Below, piece by piece: positions 39,566 to 48,169 of a DNA stretch of 64,000 nt (position 1 is the stretch's first letter; each line of letters starts with the position of its first letter). Source of the stretch: a candidate division FCPU426 bacterium (GTDB lineage: Bacteria > Oederibacteriota > Muellerivitia > Muellerivitales > Muellerivitaceae); contig CAWCKJ010000004.1 in the NCBI GenBank assembly GCA_963796105.1, forward strand, positions 160,001 to 224,000, written 5' to 3'. The notes beneath the pieces are model-generated. The model worked only from the letters and a program-made list of their open reading frames with translations. It did not search any database and was not told the DNA's origin. Position numbers and translations under genes: made by a program.

Positions 39566-41944
39566 TTAAAACCGAACTTCGTAACTCAACTCAATGAATT
39601 GGTTCACCAACGTCCCCTGGACAGGGTTTGTTGGCATCATATTTCCAGAAGTCCAATCATAATCAATGAAGATATTGGAATTCCGGTTGACCTTGAAAAC
39701 ATTAGAAAATCTCCAGCTTTGAATTTTCCCGTCCAATTGGACAGGCGAGTAAAGGGTTAGGTCCGCATTATCATACAAATAGGAATACCGGACCCAAAGC
39801 GTGCCACCCAAACCTTCCTCGATCCCCTTGGCGGTCTGTTGGCTGAAAGCCGCCGAAATTTCCCATACTGGCAGTAGATCCACTCGGATTCCCCCGATGA
39901 TCCAAGTACTATCGAGAGAGCCCAAATCGCTGGTGGTCCGCTCGTATCGGACGTTGGTTCCCAATTCCAAATCCCGATCCCAACCCAAATAAGGGCCCAG
40001 GTTGAAGGAGGGGCCCACGTTGATGTATGTGAAATTACGAGTCAACACTTGGTTCGTGTTATACCAGCCGTCCACCGGAGCATAACCAGTTCCTGTGGTA
40101 TTGATCACCATATTGCCGGTCATTTCTTTGACCAAATAGGCAGACCCCTTAATTTTCAGTGAATCCTTATTTAAAGTTTTCAGATCAATATCCAACCCGA
40201 ACCCTTCCCGATTCGGAGTAGCCAATCCATAAGGGAAAGTATTGTCCTGGGTGCGATCGTAATACCCGAAAATGGCTCCAGGCCGTGGTACATTCGATAG
40301 GAAATACTGGCTCCTTAGAACCGGATCATAAAGATCAGGAGAAGTAATAAAACTTGAGCCAGAGTTGGCCGCATCTTGGCGAGTTTGAGCCAGGGGCGAA
40401 TAATAATAAGGCCCAACATTCAAATAATTTAACGAAACCTTAGAATTAGCGAATTGCAGATAAGGCCCTGCCATGACCGCAAAATCCCCGATCATGCGGT
40501 TCGGATCTCTCTTGTCGTCCTGGTAACGGGAATAAGCGTATTCAGCCATTCCGCCAACGTAGCACTCATCCCCCAGCCCTACCTTTACATCAGGCCTTAC
40601 ACTTCCGGTCAGATATTGATGGGCCCAAGTCAATGGATTCATCGGATCGTACGGGGAACCAGGTTGCTCGGTATCCAACGGTTCGTCCAGGATGAGACCG
40701 AAGGTATCCAGACTCAGTTGGAGGGTATTGGAACCCAACATCCATTGAGGGGTCTTCAAACCTGCTGATCCGCCGAAAATCCAATCCGTGTATTGGTTGG
40801 GGCCGTAATACCAGCCCCCGTTGTCACTAAACCCATTTCGAATCATATGTATGAAAGTTGAAACCTTCAGTAATTCCAACAGATCCGAATCAGGCCACAT
40901 CAAGGATTCCCCTAGTCTCAAACCACGGAAAGGCCAATAAGGCTCGTTGTTGAAAAAACTCTCGTACTTCTCGCGGGAGTCCCACCTGGCCCACATTTCG
41001 GGCATGTATTTTAAATCCAACGTGTTGCGGTTCCACAAGGTGAAAGGAGTGTAAGCCTCGTCAAAATCACCTAAGGTAGCTGAGAGCCAGGAAGGATTAA
41101 AATCTAGGGATATACGACGGACACTGAATGAAAAATCAGAATTAGACGGTAAAAAATTTGAACCAATTCTAAAAATAACATTCCAGCGCACTTCTTTGGA
41201 GATTGTACCCTCGGGTTGTAAATCTAAAAAACCATAAGTATTCCTCGCGCCCATCAATCCAACATCATCGCCGGAAGATTGTTGTGTAAATCCAAGCCCC
41301 AGTCCATAACCATGCACCGCGATGGTTGGATATTGGGAAATTCCCTTAAGCTTCTTCCTCAAATCATACTGCTCGGATTCAAAGTCGGCAGTTTTAGTCT
41401 TGAGAGCCTTCAACTTGTCTTTCAATTCCTGAAGCTCATAACTGTATGCTTCTTCTAGGCTATGAAGGGCTTTGGCGGCTTTCAGGCGGGCTTGCTCCCG
41501 TTCGGCCGGCGTTGAAGCAACTGGTCCTGTGTTGGACGCCGGAGCCGCCTCAGTCTCTTGCGTCGGAAGCAGCATGTCTTCCTGATCGGAGGCACTTGGA
41601 GTCACCGCCGCCTGAGCCAATATGATTGCACTGGAGGTTTTCTCCGCCTTTTGGATTAACTGGACCACATCGAAGCGGGTCAAACTGGATGGAGTAACAT
41701 CCTTGTTGGAAAGCCAACCTGCTTGGGCCAATTGTTTCAATTCTGTATAGGTGGGATCCCCAACTGATACAACGCCAAAAAGATTACTTGAGGGAATTCC
41801 AAGCGCAAACAACGGCATGCATAAAAATAAAATGAACGAGCAAAAAAATGGCCCCATTTGGGCAAATCGGAAATATTTGTTTTTTCTTACCACGATTCGC
41901 GAAGTCTCCTGATTAGAGTATTTTTCATCAGAAGGATGTTTCAC
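39566..41944 (-). CDS. Outer-membrane protein C: SLH-like N-terminus, coiled coil, putative beta-barrel (true start probably downstream)
   Basis: DPTYTELKQLAQAGWL..LTRFDVVQLI; LHSLEEAYSYELQELKDKLKALK; alternating beta strands; ends YEVRF. Confidence 0.7.
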   Translation of the reverse strand: MKHPSDEKYSNQETSRIVVRKNKYFRFAQMGPFFCSFILFLCMPLFALGIPSSNLFGVVSVGDPTYTELKQLAQAGWLSNKDVTPSSLTRFDVVQLIQKAEKTSSAIILAQAAVTPSASDQEDMLLPTQETEAAPASNTGPVASTPAEREQARLKAAKALHSLEEAYSYELQELKDKLKALKTKTADFESEQYDLRKKLKGISQYPTIAVHGYGLGLGFTQQSSGDDVGLMGARNTYGFLDLQPEGTISKEVRWNVIFRIGSNFLPSNSDFSFSVRRISLDFNPSWLSATLGDFDEAYTPFTLWNRNTLDLKYMPEMWARWDSREKYESFFNNEPYWPFRGLRLGESLMWPDSDLLELLKVSTFIHMIRNGFSDNGGWYYGPNQYTDWIFGGSAGLKTPQWMLGSNTLQLSLDTFGLILDEPLDTEQPGSPYDPMNPLTWAHQYLTGSVRPDVKVGLGDECYVGGMAEYAYSRYQDDKRDPNRMIGDFAVMAGPYLQFANSKVSLNYLNVGPYYYSPLAQTRQDAANSGSSFITSPDLYDPVLRSQYFLSNVPRPGAIFGYYDRTQDNTFPYGLATPNREGFGLDIDLKTLNKDSLKIKGSAYLVKEMTGNMVINTTGTGYAPVDGWYNTNQVLTRNFTYINVGPSFNLGPYLGWDRDLELGTNVRYERTTSDLGSLDSTWIIGGIRVDLLPVWEISAAFSQQTAKGIEEGLGGTLWVRYSYLYDNADLTLYSPVQLDGKIQSWRFSNVFKVNRNSNIFIDYDWTSGNMMPTNPVQGTLVNQFIELSYEVRF

Positions 41945-44177
41945 AAGTCACCTTCCATATTTGCTCACGCCTGTCAAAGCTCGGTACATTGCTCCAGGAA
42001 TATGTATTGATGAAGCAGTCCCCATGAATCTCAAATGTGCGGCTCACGGGGCATTTGAACCCAAAAGCCCAGGAAGTTTTCGTGAAATCCAGGAGTTGGA
42101 GATTGTATAAAGCGTTGGCCGGTAGCGTATTGAAATAGGAATAATATTCAGCCAAAGTCGGGTAATCCGACGATTGGGCAAACGCCGAGTTGTTCAAGGT
42201 ATATTCGTAACCGCTGGACTCGGCCTGTTCGTAGGCCGCCGAGAGAATCAAGCCTTCAAATAGAGGGACCTGGGGGAAGGGGCCGATGTCCGCGCAGACG
42301 ATAAGGGTATCAACGGTAAAAGGGCCTAACCCGGTCCCACCGTCGGTGGCTTGGTGTTTGTAATCACCTGATAACGCGCAGGTCTTGGGCGCCCCCTCTA
42401 GGGCCTTTGCCAGGTTCGCAGTCAATGCCCCTTCGTACCCTTCAAAATTCCTGGTATTAGTCACGGGTTGGCCGGAGTCCGCCGGAAGTACCTCATTTCC
42501 ATTGCCCGTCAAGACATAATTTGGCTGGAGTTCCTTCATTTTCAATATGTAGGACGCCTGGGGTTTCAGCCATCCTCCTTTTCCAATGTCGGCAGTGAAT
42601 CCAAGGACCGCGCCTTCCCGGTTAGGGGTCGCGTCCCCGTAAGGCAGGATGTTCTCACTCATTCGGTCATAGGGTTCGAATATCTGTTGGTTGATCCCTT
42701 GGAAGGCAAACCCAGACAGGTAATCATTAAGCCCGTCATCCAAAAGGTTGAAACCACTGCCTGCCAAATCCGGCGAAAATCGGTTGGTTTGAGCCCCCGG
42801 AGAGTAGAAATAAGGACCATTACTGAGATATTTGGCCGATAACTGGATTCCCTCGACATTAATAGAACCTTGGGTCAACACCGCCCAATCCTTGAGGGTG
42901 TCCTGGGGGTTGATGGTATCGTTCTGGTATTGGCTGGAAGCGTACTCACCGGAAGCCGAAACGCTGACTGAGTTATCAAGAGGAACATTTGCGCGGGCCG
43001 AAAGGCTGCCCACCTGGTATTGCCGGTTAGGCGGGGTAATACCTGGATAATAGTCTGCGGAATTGGAATCCGCCCAAAGCAAAAGCCCGCTCCCCTTAAA
43101 TTCTAACTGGTTCTTGAAGAGATCGATAGAAGCCTCACTGCCAGCGTAATCGTTGGCGAAAATGTATTGGGATTCCGGCGTAACAATTCCGCCCATTGCC
43201 TGGAGATGGAAGGAACTGAAAACCTCGCTGTTGGAAACCACTTGGTCGGAAGCCCCCTCAAAACCCCTCATGTGCCAGTCAGGTCCATGGTCCATATAAA
43301 CTAATTCCTCAATATCTTTTCGAGCCCTATTAAAAGAAGTCGGCTCGATCATGGTGTAGACGGGAATTTCGTTGTTCCAAAAGGTTAAGGGAGTATAGCT
43401 TCTGTAGAAATCGCCCACCGTGAGGTTCGCCACATCGTTGGTGTTATTGAGGGAAATCCACCTCAAGGTGCAGTTAGGGTTGATAGGTTCCCCGTAAATC
43501 ATTCCGACGGTGCGGGTGAGACGCAAATCCGCGTTAAACAGAACAAATGGAACCGGAATGCTTTTCAATCGTATATCCCCGAACAGGATATCGTTGTAAT
43601 CCATGGGGCCATAAACCGCGTTGGTTCCAAAACCGCGGAAAGTGTTGAAATAAGCCCTCGCGTAACCAGTCAGGTTGGTCCCGGTTTGTTTGAGGTATTC
43701 CTGCTGGAGGATCGAGAATTTTTCATTGCGGTGCCGGATGTCGTAAAACCTGTCGTCCAAACGAACCACATCCAAATCCATGACTTCCAATTCGGGCTTG
43801 AACTCATCCACCAGTTTTTGAAGGTTTCGATCCGGGAGGCCGGGGGAAGTTTTTAAATTAGAACCGCCCGAAGTTACCAACTCTTGGTCTTGAGATGTCC
43901 AGGACCGAACAGCCAAACTGGTCATCTGGGCCACTTCCAAATTGGTCATTTGGTTAACTGGTTTCACCGGTTGCGGGACCAAACCAGCATCTACTATTTC
44001 CTGAATGGCAGAATTAACCCATCCATCCCTGTCTGAGGTCGTCAGCGCCCCATGAACGGCAAGGGCTGGTAGCACAGGGCAAGACAGAAAAACAATAGTG
44101 TAAAGAAGAACTTGCTTCACACCGATCAAGTTTTTAATTTTTTCTTTTAACACTTTTATCTTTGCCCCTTGTGTCAA
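41928..44177 (-). CDS. Outer-membrane protein B: SLH-like N-terminus, coiled coil, putative beta-barrel (start may be GTG 44120)
   Basis: DGWVNSAIQEIVDAGLV..MTNLEVAQM; LQKLVDEFKPELEVMDLDVVRLD; ends CETSF. Confidence 0.7.
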   Translation of the reverse strand: MTQGAKIKVLKEKIKNLIGVKQVLLYTIVFLSCPVLPALAVHGALTTSDRDGWVNSAIQEIVDAGLVPQPVKPVNQMTNLEVAQMTSLAVRSWTSQDQELVTSGGSNLKTSPGLPDRNLQKLVDEFKPELEVMDLDVVRLDDRFYDIRHRNEKFSILQQEYLKQTGTNLTGYARAYFNTFRGFGTNAVYGPMDYNDILFGDIRLKSIPVPFVLFNADLRLTRTVGMIYGEPINPNCTLRWISLNNTNDVANLTVGDFYRSYTPLTFWNNEIPVYTMIEPTSFNRARKDIEELVYMDHGPDWHMRGFEGASDQVVSNSEVFSSFHLQAMGGIVTPESQYIFANDYAGSEASIDLFKNQLEFKGSGLLLWADSNSADYYPGITPPNRQYQVGSLSARANVPLDNSVSVSASGEYASSQYQNDTINPQDTLKDWAVLTQGSINVEGIQLSAKYLSNGPYFYSPGAQTNRFSPDLAGSGFNLLDDGLNDYLSGFAFQGINQQIFEPYDRMSENILPYGDATPNREGAVLGFTADIGKGGWLKPQASYILKMKELQPNYVLTGNGNEVLPADSGQPVTNTRNFEGYEGALTANLAKALEGAPKTCALSGDYKHQATDGGTGLGPFTVDTLIVCADIGPFPQVPLFEGLILSAAYEQAESSGYEYTLNNSAFAQSSDYPTLAEYYSYFNTLPANALYNLQLLDFTKTSWAFGFKCPVSRTFEIHGDCFINTYSWSNVPSFDRREQIWKVTCETSF

Positions 44178-44180
44178 TTC

Positions 44181-46985
44181 CTAAAACGAGAAAATAAACA
44201 TCGAATAGACCTGGTCGGCCTGGTAGCTGTTGGCCGAAACGTAAAGATCGCGGAATGTCACATGCTTATACCGCATTTCTAATTTTCCGCCGCCCCAAGG
44301 AAAATCATAGGCCATACCGGCCCCGAGAGAATCCGTCCGGTAGTCCACTTTGGGAATGGTGTAATTAGATTTCCACTGCTCCAATCCATAGTCTGCCAGG
44401 AGGTTGACCCATTTAAAAATGCCGTACATGAAAGCCGCGTCGTAAACGGTCTGGTCGAATAGACACGGGATATGGGCCAAGGTCTGTCCCGGACGGTTGG
44501 GGTCGGCTACGTTCGCAAGGGTTGGATTGTTCGTGTCACCCGATACCTCATTGTCAGTGAAAAATAAACCCGCGTAGAAAGGGGTATTCAAGCCGAGCAT
44601 TTTATTGAGCTGCAATTTCGCGGTAACCGTGGCGTAGTTAAAGGTTTTTATATGGTCTAGGGAAGTAAAAGTCACGCCGTTATCAGGAGAAGTAACCGAC
44701 TGTGAGCCTGGAATGTAATTTAGGATCAAAGGCACACGCTCCGCGATGGGAGGACCAAAACGGATAACATCGGGATTGAAAGTATTGCCGTCGCCCCGAG
44801 AAGACTCGATATTACTTACATAGGCTGCTCCCGCAGGATGCATCCCTTGGTATCCATCCCAAACGTTACTGCCGAAAATACCAGTGCTTTCAGGATAAAA
44901 AACCGATATCAGGTTGTAGGCCTCAACGGATTTATATCCCATTTCATCGGACACGGCTTGGTACTCGGTTTTCCGGGCCACATCCATATTGATGATCAAA
45001 TCGTCCAGGAAGCTTGGCAGGGATTTGGTCCAGCTTTCCTGGCGGCCCTTCCAACCCAATGTGGCCCGCCATCCATAGCGGTCACTGATCAAGTCATCCG
45101 CCATGCCCACAAATCCAAACTGGTCGTTCATGACGGGATTATTGTTATTGGTATTGGCCGGGAAACCGAATTTCCAAAATTGGATCCCCGTCAGGAGAAC
45201 TTTACTCTGGAAGTTTGAGTACTGCTCGCTAATGGCCGTGTAATAAAGCGTGAGGGGATAAAGGCTGAGGGCTGCTTGGCCCGCCGGCGCGCTTAAAGTT
45301 TGCGCCAGTGCGATATTCCCGGAATGAAAGCTGACCGGCCCTCCATCGTTATAAACACCGGTATAAAGATGGGTATAACCGCCCTCGATATCCAAAAACG
45401 CTGGTTTCAGGTCAAATCCCAAATCCGCCGCGTAAGATTTCATATCCATGTTCCCTTGCGTCAAGGGGGCGGAAAGCCCGTTATCGTTCACCCACAACGC
45501 CGAAAGGGAAGAAAGTAAAAACCCATTGGCCCAAGGTTGGGCGTACTTAATCCCCTCCTCCCATTGGTGGGTATCACCATCCACTCTCCCGAAGAGCATG
45601 TTCATTTTCGCGTCTTTGCTCACCAAGGGAAGGCTCGTCCCGACCATGTAAAGACCGTCGAAAACCTTCGTGGTTTGGTTTTGGGTGATCCAGGAAGTGG
45701 AACTGGGCACGTATCCCAAATTGGTCATATAGTCATCCCAGGTTTTCTGGTTCTTATCCCCGGAATATCTTTTCACGTCAAAAGGATCCTCGAAACGCAG
45801 GGCATTCGCCGCGCCGCCCCTCGTGAAGTCCCCGTAGTCAGTGTCCCAAGTGTAGGATTCCACGGCAATGGTACTGCTCCAATGGCCCAACATCCCATCC
45901 AGGTTATAGTTCAAGGAAGGGGCGCTGATATACAGGGAGGCCGGGGCTGAGGTAGCGTTTGAGGACTGAAGGGTGCTTTGTAAATTAACGGTATAAGAAC
46001 CCTTCCCTCCTAAATCACTCCAAACGCCTAAAGTGAAATCATTCGCCACCGCGGTGGCGCTGACGATAGTAATTCCTGACAGATGAAAGTTCTCCGCCTT
46101 GACGTCGGCCTCATAAATGAAATGGGGGGAAGTCGAGGATTTGTTGGACTTGCGAAAAATGGAGTTGATGTCGTCCTGTGTTGATTGGAGGGTTTCCAAT
46201 TCTTTTTCCTGGTCCTGAAGGCGGTAATCCAGCAGGGCCATCCGCGTCCGAAGATAATCCGACTCCTCGTCGAGGATCTTGAGAAGCGCGTTAATTTCAG
46301 TCTCAATATCGGTGTTGGCGGGCTGAGCCGGTATCGAGGCGGAGCCCACTTGCGCGTCAACCCATTGCTGTTCCGCCTGCGTCAGCCTGGCCTTCACTCG
46401 CGTGAGGTAATCCCGAATGGAGGGATTGGGTTGTTTCTGGATGAACTGGGTCAAAGCTACCGCGCCTTCCTTTGTTTTTCCCGCCATGACCTGGCAATAA
46501 CCCAGGTAATAGTAGGCCATCGCGATATTGGGGTTTTGCTGGATGACAGCCTGGAATTTGGGAATGGCTTGCGCGTACTGCTTTTGCTGATAAAGGGAGA
46601 ACCCTTGCACAAAATCTTGGTTCTGAGCCGGTGTTGCCACCGTTACTGCCGCCGCTGGAGCCGGATTTGCGGTTAAGTCGGTAGTAGACGCGGCTTGGGG
46701 CGCCAATGCGACTTGCAACTCTTTGGAAGTTTGGTAATTAGCCTTGGCCTTTTCAGTGAAGAAACCAAGCTCCAGTTTCGTCACTACCCGGCCCTGGTCG
46801 AGAACAGCTTGGTCTTGGGGGTCCAAAAGGCCGTAGGCTTCCAACGCTTTTACCCGCTGGTAAAGGGGCTGGTCGGAGGTCACATTATCCGAAGGATTGG
46901 CCCAAAGGCTTGTCGCTAGTGTCGTTGTACATAGAAGGGATAAGAAAAAAATACCCTTAAATGATTTTTTTAATCGTCGATTCAA
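44181..46985 (-). CDS. Outer-membrane protein A: SLH-like N-terminus, TPR insert, coiled coil, putative beta-barrel
   Basis: Signal peptide; DQPLYQRVKALEAYGLL..VTKLELG; TPR FVQGFSLYQQKQYAQAIPKFQAVIQQNP..AYYYLG; coiled coil; ends FIFSF. Confidence 0.7.
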   Translation of the reverse strand: MNRRLKKSFKGIFFLSLLCTTTLATSLWANPSDNVTSDQPLYQRVKALEAYGLLDPQDQAVLDQGRVVTKLELGFFTEKAKANYQTSKELQVALAPQAASTTDLTANPAPAAAVTVATPAQNQDFVQGFSLYQQKQYAQAIPKFQAVIQQNPNIAMAYYYLGYCQVMAGKTKEGAVALTQFIQKQPNPSIRDYLTRVKARLTQAEQQWVDAQVGSASIPAQPANTDIETEINALLKILDEESDYLRTRMALLDYRLQDQEKELETLQSTQDDINSIFRKSNKSSTSPHFIYEADVKAENFHLSGITIVSATAVANDFTLGVWSDLGGKGSYTVNLQSTLQSSNATSAPASLYISAPSLNYNLDGMLGHWSSTIAVESYTWDTDYGDFTRGGAANALRFEDPFDVKRYSGDKNQKTWDDYMTNLGYVPSSTSWITQNQTTKVFDGLYMVGTSLPLVSKDAKMNMLFGRVDGDTHQWEEGIKYAQPWANGFLLSSLSALWVNDNGLSAPLTQGNMDMKSYAADLGFDLKPAFLDIEGGYTHLYTGVYNDGGPVSFHSGNIALAQTLSAPAGQAALSLYPLTLYYTAISEQYSNFQSKVLLTGIQFWKFGFPANTNNNNPVMNDQFGFVGMADDLISDRYGWRATLGWKGRQESWTKSLPSFLDDLIINMDVARKTEYQAVSDEMGYKSVEAYNLISVFYPESTGIFGSNVWDGYQGMHPAGAAYVSNIESSRGDGNTFNPDVIRFGPPIAERVPLILNYIPGSQSVTSPDNGVTFTSLDHIKTFNYATVTAKLQLNKMLGLNTPFYAGLFFTDNEVSGDTNNPTLANVADPNRPGQTLAHIPCLFDQTVYDAAFMYGIFKWVNLLADYGLEQWKSNYTIPKVDYRTDSLGAGMAYDFPWGGGKLEMRYKHVTFRDLYVSANSYQADQVYSMFIFSF

Positions 46986-47037
46986 AATAGCCTCGGGTCA
47001 AAAAGTTAAACCGGTTTCAAGCCCTCATTAACATTTA

Positions 47038-47808
47038 TCAAAAAAACTCGACTTCATCCACCCAGTAATCGATGTTGTAACTTCCCGCGGTGTTGCCCGC
47101 GTTATGGGTCCATTCAATACCCAAAATTTCCTTCAGGTGCTCTGTGAATTCGGGGGGCGTGATGGTGTTGCCCCATCCGGGCTGCCGGGTGAGGTTCGCG
47201 AAAGGCAATGTCACCAAGGTCCATTCCCCTTTGGAGGCAAGGTCATAACCGAAATTATTGTAACAACCGTCCAAGCAAGTTCCTCCAGCTGAAGAGGGCA
47301 TGATGGGCGCGATGGAAATGGCGAACCGTCTGGAGGGAGCCTGATCCCCCGCGGGATACTTATAATAGAACTGGATTCCTTTAAAGGGACTGGCATCGTA
47401 ATAACCGGTTGGTTTTAATTTGCCGTCCAAAAGGAAAGCGGGATAGGTATTATCCCCCTTATTCACCAGCTTGCCGAAAACATGGGCGGCCATCTTGGTG
47501 CCATTGGCTCCGCCCGCCGTCACGAAAACCTCGTTGATGGTGTTTCCGCCGTAAGTATTTGTGCTCCAGGCCCCGTTCGTGGAGCCGTAGAGTTTGGGGT
47601 TCATATGAACCGAACCATCCTCAAAATTCCCGATGATTTTTTGTTCGGGAGCCACGACCACTTTGGGCTGGGAGTTCTCGGGGTTGACCAATCCATCCGT
47701 CAGGGGCTCGTTCTTCGAACCTTCGTTCACCAGGACCGCCCCGCATCCTGCCAGTAAACCAAACACGAGGAAGCAAGGAAAGAGGATGGAATATTTCAAC
47801 TTGGTCAT
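47038..47808 (-). CDS. Lipoprotein with CBM11/CIA30-like carbohydrate-binding domain
   Basis: Lipobox LLAGC; IGNFEDG, YDASPFKGIQFYYK, EWTLVTLPFANL..PGWG, YWVDEVEFF. Confidence 0.75.
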   Translation of the reverse strand: MTKLKYSILFPCFLVFGLLAGCGAVLVNEGSKNEPLTDGLVNPENSQPKVVVAPEQKIIGNFEDGSVHMNPKLYGSTNGAWSTNTYGGNTINEVFVTAGGANGTKMAAHVFGKLVNKGDNTYPAFLLDGKLKPTGYYDASPFKGIQFYYKYPAGDQAPSRRFAISIAPIMPSSAGGTCLDGCYNNFGYDLASKGEWTLVTLPFANLTRQPGWGNTITPPEFTEHLKEILGIEWTHNAGNTAGSYNIDYWVDEVEFF

Positions 47809-47921
47809 AGCCACCTTTTTTGAACGAATGGCCCGGATAGGCATCAGCCTGGAAAGCATCCTTAGGCGAGGCGGGCTTATTCTACTAAAAAGCGACGAGA
47901 AGCCGAAATGATTTTCTTTGT

Positions 47922-47956
47922 TGAAACTCGCTGAAATGAGTTTAATGAAGTTTCAA
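47922..47956. promoter_or_regulatory. Putative transcription-factor operator, copy 1
   Basis: TGAAAC-tcgc-TGAAAT-g-AGTTT-a-AT-gaag-TTTCAA in a divergent promoter region; matches 54565-54598. Confidence 0.65.
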
Positions 47957-48169
47957 ATGGATAAAGATGATTTTCATCACTAAACCGTTTTGACCTAAAG
48001 AATCGGGCTCTTGCTTCACGGTTCAAGGTAAACGAACCGGGACAAAATTTTTCCAGACTGAAAATTCAACGAAGTAAACATTGGACGCCATCCCGGGTAA
48101 AGGTAAACTAATGCCCGTTTCGCCCCTATTCGACAACTTTTTTCAAATCTCACATAAAGGAGCTGGTTT

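Noticed and set aside
39566..46985. SusC-like TonB-dependent transporters
   Set aside because: No TonB box, plug or SusC signature; the N-termini are SLH-like plus coiled coil.
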